32,000 bases of DNA, from NCBI RefSeq assembly GCF_000012805.1, contig NC_007483.1, positions 8,421-40,420 of the forward strand, given 5' to 3'. Within the stretch, counting starts at the first letter, position 1. Each line of letters begins with the position of its first letter. A program made the translations under genes and the position numbers. Under the pieces are notes generated by a model, which made no database searches, was not told the DNA's origin, and saw only the letters and a list, made by a program, of their open reading frames with translations. Below are positions 8,540 through 15,587 of the stretch, one piece after another. This stretch comes from Nitrosococcus oceani ATCC 19707. Its GTDB lineage: Bacteria > Pseudomonadota > Gammaproteobacteria > Nitrosococcales > Nitrosococcaceae.

Positions 8540-9751
8540 TCAGCAACCGGGATTGTCCTGGGCTTCCGCCGGCGCCAGTCGTGCCAGCAACGCGGTAGCC
8601 TGCTTCTGATGCGCGGTGAGTTGACCAGCCAGTTCTGCGGCCCGCTCACGCGCGCTGCCGGCATCCTGCCTGGCCTGGTCACGCTCTGCCTGAACGGCGT
8701 TCAAGCGCTCGGCCATCTTATGGATCTCGGTCGCAGCCTTCTTGCGCTGCTCCTGGTGCGACTGTTCAGCCGCCTCGGCCTTGGCTTGTACCTTTGTCAA
8801 CTCGGCACGCACCCGCTCAAGTTGCATGGTCACTGCCTTGGTAGCCTGCTGTGCCTCGGTCGCGGTATTTCGCGACCTATCGGCATCCTGGTGCACCCGA
8901 TCTAGTTCGGCGCGAAGGTCCGCCGCTCGGTGCTCGATTTCCTCGGCTTTTGCTTCGGCTCGTTCCGCTCTTGTTAGTGCCTGGGTCAACTCTCCCTGTA
9001 CGGCGGCCAACTCAGCGGCAGCCTGGGCAGTTTGCTCCTGGTGCGACTGTTCGGCCGCCTCGGCCTTGGCTTGCACCTTTGCCAACTCGGCACGCACCCG
9101 CTCAAGTTGCATGGTCACTGCCTTGGTAGCCTGCTGTGCCTCGGTCGCGGTATTTCGCGACCTATCGGCATCCTGGTGTGCCCGGTCTAGTTCGACGCGA
9201 AGGTCCGCCGCTCGGTGCTCGATTTCCTCGGCTTTTGCTTCGGCTCGTTCCGCTCTTGTTACTGCTTGGGTCAACTCTTCCTGTACGGCGGCCAACTCAG
9301 CGGCAGCCTGGGCAGTTTGCTCCTGGTGTAGCTGGGTCGCGGCGGCCGCCTGCGCCTTAACCTGATCGAGCTCCGTCGCCTGCGTTTCGTAGGCATCAGC
9401 CAGTTCAGCCCGCATAGCATCCAGTTCGGCCTGTTCGGCCTCCCAGCTTGATTGGGCGGCCTGTAGTGATTCGTTCGCCAGCTTCTGAGCTTCCTGCCAC
9501 AACGTAGCCAGAGCGGTAGCATTAGCCTGGCTAATTGTCTCCGGCACGGTAACAGCCACGGGTGCGACCTGGACGGTTTGCTGGCGTCGCCACTCCCGCA
9601 TCACAGCGCTAGTGGTGTTCATATCGGCTCGCGCTACCCGGCGTACTTGGTCCACTGTGGGGAACGCTTCGCGGTTGGCCTGCTCGTACAGTTCATCAGC
9701 CGTAGAGGTGATGCGTTCGCGTACTTCAGCGGGGATCATGAATTGAGTCAT
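8540..9751 (-). CDS. kfrA: KfrA-like plasmid DNA-binding protein with a long Ala/Glu/Gln-rich coiled coil
   Basis: The N-terminus (ERITSTADELYEQANREAFPTVDQVRRVARADMNTTSAVMREWRRQQ) resembles the KfrA N-terminal DNA-binding domain. The rest is heptad-rich alpha-helical sequence containing a duplicated 95-aa unit. Confidence 0.8.
   Translation of the reverse strand: MTQFMIPAEVRERITSTADELYEQANREAFPTVDQVRRVARADMNTTSAVMREWRRQQTVQVAPVAVTVPETISQANATALATLWQEAQKLANESLQAAQSSWEAEQAELDAMRAELADAYETQATELDQVKAQAAAATQLHQEQTAQAAAELAAVQEELTQAVTRAERAEAKAEEIEHRAADLRVELDRAHQDADRSRNTATEAQQATKAVTMQLERVRAELAKVQAKAEAAEQSHQEQTAQAAAELAAVQGELTQALTRAERAEAKAEEIEHRAADLRAELDRVHQDADRSRNTATEAQQATKAVTMQLERVRAELTKVQAKAEAAEQSHQEQRKKAATEIHKMAERLNAVQAERDQARQDAGSARERAAELAGQLTAHQKQATALLARLAPAEAQDNPGC
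8748..9317. repeat. Intragenic tandem duplication, 2 x 285 bp (95 codons) within kfrA
   Basis: The unit starting TGCTCCTGGTGCGACTGTTC recurs at 8748 and 9033, and partially at 9318. The protein repeats AQAAAELAAVQ(E/G)ELTQA(V/L)TRAERAEAKAEEIEHRAADLR... are nearly identical. Confidence 0.9.
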
Positions 9752-9766
9752 AGGTTCTCCTTATAA

Positions 9767-9798
9767 GAATAATCATAATAATATTATTATGATTATTC
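9767..9798. promoter_or_regulatory. 32-bp perfect AT-rich palindrome upstream of kfrA (candidate autoregulatory operator)
   Basis: GAATAATCATAATAATATTATTATGATTATTC is a perfect palindrome beginning 16 bp upstream of the kfrA start codon. Confidence 0.6.
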
Positions 9799-9984
9799 AA
9801 GCTATTCGATCAATTGCACCTGAATGACTGCATAAGGAGACCCAGAAAAGGCTGGAGAACGGGTCCGGTGGAGCCAATGGGTATGAGGAAGATCATTGCC
9901 GAAGCGCGGCGGGAAGCCGCTCATCCATACAAACGTAAATCACTACCGCCTCCCTATTGCTTCAATAGCCGCGATAGCAAGCCG

Positions 9985-10554
9985 CTATTCCTTACTGGCC
10001 TCCTGGGCTTCCCGGACATAGCTATAAAGGGTGGGCTTTGAAATCCCCATCATCTCGCAGATTTTCGTGACCGGCAGTTTCTTCTCCTCATAGAGGGACA
10101 CCACCAGCGCCCGCTTGTCGGGGCTCAAGGACTTGCGCCGACCCCCCAAGCGGCCCCGCGCCCGCGCCGCCGCCAAGCCCGCCTGGGTACGCTCCTGAAT
10201 GAGATTCCGCTCGAACTCGGCCAAGGCTCCAAACAGGTGAAAGGTGAGCCTGCCGGTGGGCGTGGTGGTATCAATCGACTCATGCAGGCTTTGCAGCCCC
10301 ACGCCCTGTGCATCAAGATAGCGCACCCACTCAATCAAATCGCGCAGCGAACGGCCGAGGCGATCCAGCCGCCACACCACCAGGGTATCGCCTTCGCGCA
10401 ACTGCTCCTTGACCTTCTCCAGGCCCGGCCGCTTCGCCACCGTGCCACTGACCTGATCGACGATCACCTTCTGGCACCCGGCCGCCTCCAGGGCGTCCCG
10501 TTGCAGATTTAGATTTTGATCCAGGGTGGACACTCGCGCATAGCCAATTTTCAT
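9985..10554 (-). CDS. Small serine recombinase (Hin/Gin invertase or resolvase family)
   Basis: 189 aa. MKIGYARVSTLDQNLNLQ contains the catalytic Ser. Other signatures are DTLVVWRLDRLGRS, ERTQAGLAAARARGRLGGRRK and a C-terminal HTH (ISKPTLYSYV). By eye it is closer to Hin/Gin than to Tn3 TnpR. Confidence 0.9.
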   Translation of the reverse strand: MKIGYARVSTLDQNLNLQRDALEAAGCQKVIVDQVSGTVAKRPGLEKVKEQLREGDTLVVWRLDRLGRSLRDLIEWVRYLDAQGVGLQSLHESIDTTTPTGRLTFHLFGALAEFERNLIQERTQAGLAAARARGRLGGRRKSLSPDKRALVVSLYEEKKLPVTKICEMMGISKPTLYSYVREAQEASKE

Positions 10555-10783
10555 GATTTATCTCTCACTGCGTAAAGAAACTCGATAAGTATCCTTATAT
10601 GCTGACGTAGATTATTTTACTCAGTAAATTGCCTAACTTGGCCGCGAAAAGCAAGCAAAAAGCGGGGTGAGGCAGCGAGTAAAACAAACCCTCGTTTTCT
10701 TTACCAGGGATTCTCTGCCTGTGATGCCGCTTGCTGCTATGGAGAAGTTTTGGCCTGCGCCTGGAGGGCGGTACACTGCGGCT

Positions 10784-11152
10784 ATGAATCACCCCGATGA
10801 AGCAGACTGGTTGAGAGCGGCCTATCTGGAGAAGCGAGACTTGGAGAAGCGGCAGTTTCGTTTCTATTGCATTATCATCACCCAGATGCTCTTTGGCCAC
10901 TGGGCCTTAATCCGGGAATGGGGCCGAATTGACAGCCTCGGCACCGTCCGGGAAGTTTGGTATGACACTCAGGAACATGCTCGGGAAGCAGGTGCTATCT
11001 TACTCAGTCAGAATAGGCATCACCACCTCTACTTCGTATGCCTACGTCACTGGACAACGATTACTCGATCGCGAAAAGGCCAGATGAGGAAGAAGCTGAG
11101 GGAAATCTCAAAACCTATCGCAGCGTCCACATTTATCGTTATATCGGCCTGA
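10784..11152 (+). CDS. WGR-domain protein, paralogue 1, with a divergent and probably disrupted C-terminus
   Basis: MNHPDEADWLRAAYLEKRDLEKRQFRFYCIIITQMLFGHWALIREWGRIDSLGTVREVWYD parallels ORF 14612-14872. Homology is lost after ...EAGAILLSQ. Confidence 0.6.
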   Translation: MNHPDEADWLRAAYLEKRDLEKRQFRFYCIIITQMLFGHWALIREWGRIDSLGTVREVWYDTQEHAREAGAILLSQNRHHHLYFVCLRHWTTITRSRKGQMRKKLREISKPIAASTFIVISA

Positions 11153-11163
11153 AACTGCATCAT

Positions 11164-12126
11164 TTATTCCTGAAGAGGATGAATGAGTAGATTCCAATAA
11201 TATTCGGAAGCACCTTCATTGGTGAGCTTTTCCTTAGCAGCAGGTTGATGAAACTGCATGCCGAGCGGCTTCAAATACATCATATGGCCATCATCTTCGA
11301 TTCGAAGTTGCTCATTGAAACTACTGTCACTACCTGTATCACCGTACGCATACACGAGGCCACTGGTGAAAGAATTTTGACTGCCTTGCCAGATGCGGCA
11401 ACTGCTGATGGATTTGCCATTTTCATAAATGGCAGCGGAGAAATGGCGGGCATCAATACGTCGGAATCGAGTTCGAATACTAGGATTACGCCGCTCCAGC
11501 TCAGCTAGAGAACCCTCGAAGAAATTTGCCATATAATCAAATGCATCATCGAGAAAGGTATCACGGTCATGGTCCGTGAAACTCTTCCTGATACGTAAAT
11601 TGCTGGATCGTAGCGCATGCCGTACAGGAGCAGTCTGCTCGGTAGGTGGGTAAGCAGATAAGCCCGTCTGAGGCTTGATGGGAGCCGATATCACTTGCTC
11701 GGCAGCTCGTTTGATTGCCTTGACGATTTCTAAAAAGGCCTCGTCTTTATCTGGAAACTTCGTCACGGGTTTGCCATCCGTAGGCGTTGCTAAAAGCTTG
11801 CCGAAGCGTGCGCTATGCCAGTCGCAGGGGCGGAGAATTACCGGAATAACTTTGGCATTACCTTCTTCATGCCGCTCCAAAGCGCGGGTCATCTCGACAT
11901 CGTAACAATAGTCGGAAGCCAGGAAATCCGGGCTGACTAAGAGAAGAGTGATATCGGCATTCTCAAGATTTTCACTGATAGTCTGGTCAATGACCTCTCC
12001 GGCCCCAATTCTCCGGTCATGCCAGGCATCAATCACACCTTGGCGTTTGAGCATGGCAAGGTGTATCTCCAGCTCGTCACGCAAAGGCTCATCCTTATGG
12101 GAGTAAGAGAAGAAGACAGAGGCCAT
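11164..12126 (-). CDS. TIR-domain protein with an uncharacterised C-terminal domain of about 180 aa
   Basis: From ATG 12126: MASVFFSYSHKDEPLRDELEIHLAMLKRQGVIDAWHDRRIGAGE...ADITLLLVSPDFLASDYCYDVEMTRAL...VIPVILRPCDW is a typical bacterial TIR_2 pattern. The C-terminal half matches no family I recognise. Confidence 0.8.
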   Translation of the reverse strand: MASVFFSYSHKDEPLRDELEIHLAMLKRQGVIDAWHDRRIGAGEVIDQTISENLENADITLLLVSPDFLASDYCYDVEMTRALERHEEGNAKVIPVILRPCDWHSARFGKLLATPTDGKPVTKFPDKDEAFLEIVKAIKRAAEQVISAPIKPQTGLSAYPPTEQTAPVRHALRSSNLRIRKSFTDHDRDTFLDDAFDYMANFFEGSLAELERRNPSIRTRFRRIDARHFSAAIYENGKSISSCRIWQGSQNSFTSGLVYAYGDTGSDSSFNEQLRIEDDGHMMYLKPLGMQFHQPAAKEKLTNEGASEYYWNLLIHPLQE

Positions 12127-12147
12127 CAGTTTTTTCTCGATCAATGG

Positions 12148-12381
12148 TTAATGCTTCCGATCTTTGGGTGGGTGAGGATTATTCTCGTAGCTATGGGAGT
12201 CCCGGATTCGGCCATCACAACGATGAATTACCAGCGCCGTCTGGTTTTTTTTCGCCAGTCTCCTGCCTTCGTTACTGGCATCTTTCTGGGTACGGTGAAG
12301 AGAAGAAGCGCGATCTTTTCCCTCTTTTTGTATAGCCCACTGCTTGTTACGGGGCACCACATGATAATCACGCTTAGGCAT
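12148..12381 (-). CDS. DUF2188-family small protein
   Basis: DYHVVPRNKQWAIQKEGKDRASSLHRTQKDA...LVIHRCDGRIRDSHSYENNPHPPKD matches the DUF2188 pattern (YHV.P....W.v..EG...a...f.t..eA......IH..dG.I....SYg.DP.PPKD). It ends 21 nt before the TIR gene start. Confidence 0.8.
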   Translation of the reverse strand: MPKRDYHVVPRNKQWAIQKEGKDRASSLHRTQKDASNEGRRLAKKNQTALVIHRCDGRIRDSHSYENNPHPPKDRKH

Positions 12382-12395
12382 ACATCCTCTCCAAG

Positions 12396-12521
12396 TTAGT
12401 CAATCATCCAGTCATCACCGGAGACAAAATATTGAGACCTATACAGCCCAAGTATATCCTCCAGCGCCTCCAAAGGTAGCTCATCTTGAGCAAGTTCAAT
12501 GGCTTGCCTCGATCTAGCCAT
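12396..12521 (-). CDS. Possible 41-aa small ORF upstream of DUF2188 (below the ORF-track size cut-off)
   Basis: The reverse strand from ATG 12521 reads MARSRQAIELAQDELPLEALEDILGLYRSQYFVSGDDWMID, ending 14 nt before the DUF2188 start. No homology is known to me. Confidence 0.2.
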   Translation of the reverse strand: MARSRQAIELAQDELPLEALEDILGLYRSQYFVSGDDWMID

Positions 12522-12580
12522 CGTGCAGTTGATTCAAAACCTGAGTGGATAATTGCTGTCTTTATTAAATAGAATTAATA

Positions 12581-12621
12581 TCCCAGATAATATGTGTCCT
12601 TAGGACACATATTATCTGGGA
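12581..12621. promoter_or_regulatory. 41-bp palindrome (20-bp arms) in the abiE promoter region, candidate AbiEi operator 1
   Basis: TCCCAGATAATATGTGTCCT-T-AGGACACATATTATCTGGGA has perfect arms. It shares the core GTCCTNAGGAC with the second palindrome. Confidence 0.6.
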
Positions 12622-12676
12622 ATTGATAAACTGTCAAGAAAATCCTTTTAAGACATTGGAAGTATTGACAATATTT

Positions 12677-12719
12677 ACGATACCATATATACGTCCTAAG
12701 GACGTATATATGGTATCGT
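12677..12719. promoter_or_regulatory. 43-bp palindrome (21-bp arms) 10 bp upstream of abiEi, candidate AbiEi operator 2
   Basis: ACGATACCATATATACGTCCT-A-AGGACGTATATATGGTATCGT has perfect arms. A TTGACA hexamer lies at 12665-12670 between the two palindromes. Confidence 0.6.
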
Positions 12720-12728
12720 TTTTACTCT

Positions 12729-13649
12729 ATGGATATTCGCACCGCTCTGACTCTGGAACTGGGTGATCTCCATCAGCCCGTCGTGACTAGCTACCATCTC
12801 GGTCTTCTGGTGTTTCGCCTGTACCAAACTAAAACCTACCGGGGTGAACCCATTGCTCGTTTGAGCAAGTCCTACCCGGAGCGGAGTGACTATCGCCGGT
12901 TTGTTGGCAATTTGGAACGTTTAGGTGTGCTTCGGAACACCACCGCAGTGCCTAATAAAGAGGTTTTCATCCTTCTTGGCAAAGATATCTCCTCGGCCGA
13001 GGAGATTGCCTGTTGCGTCGATCCCTTCACCTATGTTTCGCATCTGAGCGCTATGGAATATCACGGTCTTACCGACCGTTTTCCCAAAACGCTCTTTATA
13101 ACCGCCCCCCCACCTGTTCGCTGGTCACAGCTGGCAGGGGAGAAAATGCGAAAGGAGATAGGAGGGGAATTTTACTTGTCGTACCTTGACACTCATCTTC
13201 CTCGGTTGCGGCGTCTGCGTTTGCCAAAAATCAATCGCAAGTCCGTTAGCCTATACACGACCGTTCATTATGATCTCGGCGCTTATCTATCAATTCAGGA
13301 TAAGACTTTGCGAGTCTCAACAATCGGGCGCACGTTTCTTGATATGATTCGGGAGCCTGATCTATGCGGTGGCATCTATCATGTGCTGGACGTATATGCG
13401 GAGCATGCGCTCCGCTATCTGCGTTTGATCGTAGATAAGGTTGACCGCCATGGCAGCCCCATTGATAAGGTGCGCGCAGGATATATTCTTGAAGAGCGTC
13501 TTAAGCTCGAACATCCTACCATCGCAACATGGCGGGCCTATGCCAAACGAGGCGGTTCACGAAAGCTTTTAGCACAAGCTGACTACAGCCCGCACTTTTC
13601 CGAAACATGGTGCTTATCCATTAACATCGATGAGCCTGGGGAGCCTTGA
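12729..13649 (+). CDS. abiEi: AbiEi-family antitoxin/transcriptional regulator (type IV toxin-antitoxin)
   Basis: 306 aa. It has the family-like segment FTYVSHLSAMEYHGLTD. It lies immediately upstream of, and abuts, an AbiEii-type nucleotidyltransferase gene (TGA then TTG). Confidence 0.8.
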   Translation: MDIRTALTLELGDLHQPVVTSYHLGLLVFRLYQTKTYRGEPIARLSKSYPERSDYRRFVGNLERLGVLRNTTAVPNKEVFILLGKDISSAEEIACCVDPFTYVSHLSAMEYHGLTDRFPKTLFITAPPPVRWSQLAGEKMRKEIGGEFYLSYLDTHLPRLRRLRLPKINRKSVSLYTTVHYDLGAYLSIQDKTLRVSTIGRTFLDMIREPDLCGGIYHVLDVYAEHALRYLRLIVDKVDRHGSPIDKVRAGYILEERLKLEHPTIATWRAYAKRGGSRKLLAQADYSPHFSETWCLSINIDEPGEP

Positions 13650-14507
13650 TTGCAAAAATTCGATATCAAAGAGTGGATCAACCAGAATTCAGAACATCGC
13701 TCCTTTCGCCAAGCCGTTCATACCATCCTCACCGCGATTGCGGGTACTCCCAGCCTACAAACAGCTATGATTATGAAGGGCGGCGTGCTGCTTGCTCTCA
13801 GCTACAGAAGCCCGCGTTATACCTCGGATATCGACTTTTCGACAGCAACGAAGCGGCCTGATTTTAACCTTGATGATTTCCGCGGGAAACTTGAAGCGAG
13901 TTTGATTGATGCCGTTGAAGATTCGGGATACGGCCTCGATTGCCGCATTCAGCGTTGCAAGATGAGCCCCCCTCACGATGAGGCTACCATGCCGACACTT
14001 CAGATCAACATTGGTTATGCCTATAAAGGCCAACACAACTATAAGCGTCTGTTAGAAGGCCGGGCGACTACGGTCATTAGCCTCGATTATAGCCTAAATG
14101 AGCCCGTGGAAGAAATTGATATCTTCGAGCTGGAAGACGGGAATGTTATTCATACTTATAGCCTGGTGGAGATGGTGGCGGAGAAGTTCCGCGCGCTCTT
14201 GCAGCAGGAAGTCCGCAAGCGGGCACGGCGTCAGGATATTTATGATCTGCACTATGTCCTGAGCGATCATCCCCTGCGCAACGACTCGGATACCCAAGCC
14301 CGTATTCTTAAAAGGCTGATTGATAAATCACGCATTCGTGATTTATCGGTACATTTAGATTCTATGTCCAACCCTGAGATTCGAAATCGCACAGCGCTTG
14401 AATACTCCAAGATGGCCCCGGAAATTGAAGGTGATCTTCCACCATTCGATGAGGTTTATGCCATAGTCGAGTCTTTTTATCGAGCCCTTCCTTGGGAAAA
14501 GGTCTGA
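13650..14507 (+). CDS. abiEii: AbiEii/AbiGii-family nucleotidyltransferase toxin (DUF1814)
   Basis: 285 aa with a TTG start directly after the abiEi stop. MIMKGGVLLALSYRSPRYTSDIDFS matches the KGGtal...R.S.DiDF NTase motif of the family. Confidence 0.85.
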   Translation: MQKFDIKEWINQNSEHRSFRQAVHTILTAIAGTPSLQTAMIMKGGVLLALSYRSPRYTSDIDFSTATKRPDFNLDDFRGKLEASLIDAVEDSGYGLDCRIQRCKMSPPHDEATMPTLQINIGYAYKGQHNYKRLLEGRATTVISLDYSLNEPVEEIDIFELEDGNVIHTYSLVEMVAEKFRALLQQEVRKRARRQDIYDLHYVLSDHPLRNDSDTQARILKRLIDKSRIRDLSVHLDSMSNPEIRNRTALEYSKMAPEIEGDLPPFDEVYAIVESFYRALPWEKV

Positions 14508-14611
14508 TTCCCTGTATCACCATTTACTTCATCGTTTCGGCCAAAAATATCTACTTGCGCAGATTCACGTAGGCTTCTGGTCTGCCCCTGAGGGCATGGT
14601 ACATTGCTGGC

Positions 14612-14872
14612 ATGAAGCACCCCGGCAAAGCAGACTGGACGAGGGTGGCCTATCTGGAGAAGCGAAACCCAGAGAAGCGCCAGTTTCGCTTCTACCGCAT
14701 CATGATTACCCAGACGCTCTTCGGCTCGTGGGCTATGATCCGCGAATGGGGCAGGATCGGCAGCCCCGGTACTGTGCGGGAAGTCTGGTTCGACAGTGAG
14801 CAGGAAGCGTTAGAAGCCGGTGAGAAGCTTATGAATCAGAAAACACGGCGGGGGTATCAAGTCATCACGTGA
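14612..14872 (+). CDS. WGR-domain protein, paralogue 2 (intact, 86 aa)
   Basis: FRFYRIMITQTLFGSWAMIREWGRIGSPGTVREVWFDSEQEALEAGEKLMNQKTRRGY is a WGR-domain pattern (W-G-R-I-G core). Confidence 0.75.
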   Translation: MKHPGKADWTRVAYLEKRNPEKRQFRFYRIMITQTLFGSWAMIREWGRIGSPGTVREVWFDSEQEALEAGEKLMNQKTRRGYQVIT

Positions 14873-15587
14873 AATCTCAAAGTCTAAACACATAGCTTCC
14901 CAAAGGAAACTATGCCACAAGCTGTGGCCCAAAGAGAGTACGGACTAGTTCTTTTCTCCTTACCTGCGACTCCGGTAGTGGCCTCGAACGTAGGTTTCCT
15001 CTCCCGGTAATAGGCGTCATCGTGAGGTTTGTGCGCTGAATTGCAAATACCCTCTACACTTCTATCCGAACAATTCTGTAAGCAGTTGCCCTTCCTACGC
15101 CAAGCTGTCTACGTGAACACGGAAAGCAAATACGGCGTCGTTTAGTCGTAACCCAAGAGGTAACCTCGCCCGATTCGCACCATCACAACGGCTGCACCAG
15201 ACGTGTGCGGCCGTTCTTTTGGACGAAAAGCCAGCCGACGTATCGAGTTGTCGGCTATATTCATTGACTGTCCGCTTGTGACCGCCTTCTACGGACGGTG
15301 GTTTATGGCCGATAATGCGATTTATAAATTTGAAAGCCTGGCCCCCATCACCACAAGAGAAACTCTCTTATCTCCCGAATTAATGCCGTTATAGATGATG
15401 TGCAACTGGAAGCCATCACAACTGATATTGTCTGACCGCGTACTGATCTAATTGGCTCATTGTGTCTTGGCACAGTAATTTTCACTACTCGGTAAAATCT
15501 AGTGCGCTGCTGTGTGTGGCTAACTTGCCTTGTCCGCCGATTCCTTTAACCTCAACTCAATAGCAACCTAATCGCCTGGAGCGCTCA

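Noticed and set aside
8742-9365. 207-aa plus-strand ORF and other ORFs antisense to kfrA
   Set aside because: These are shadow ORFs of a GC-rich repetitive gene. Cys/Ser/Ala-rich translation mirrors the repeat and there are no motifs.
15468-15483. TGGCAC-N5-TTTT resembling a sigma-54 promoter upstream of the MmeI-like operon
   Set aside because: The -12 element (TTGC) is not matched and no enhancer-binding protein gene is nearby, so the evidence is too weak to call.
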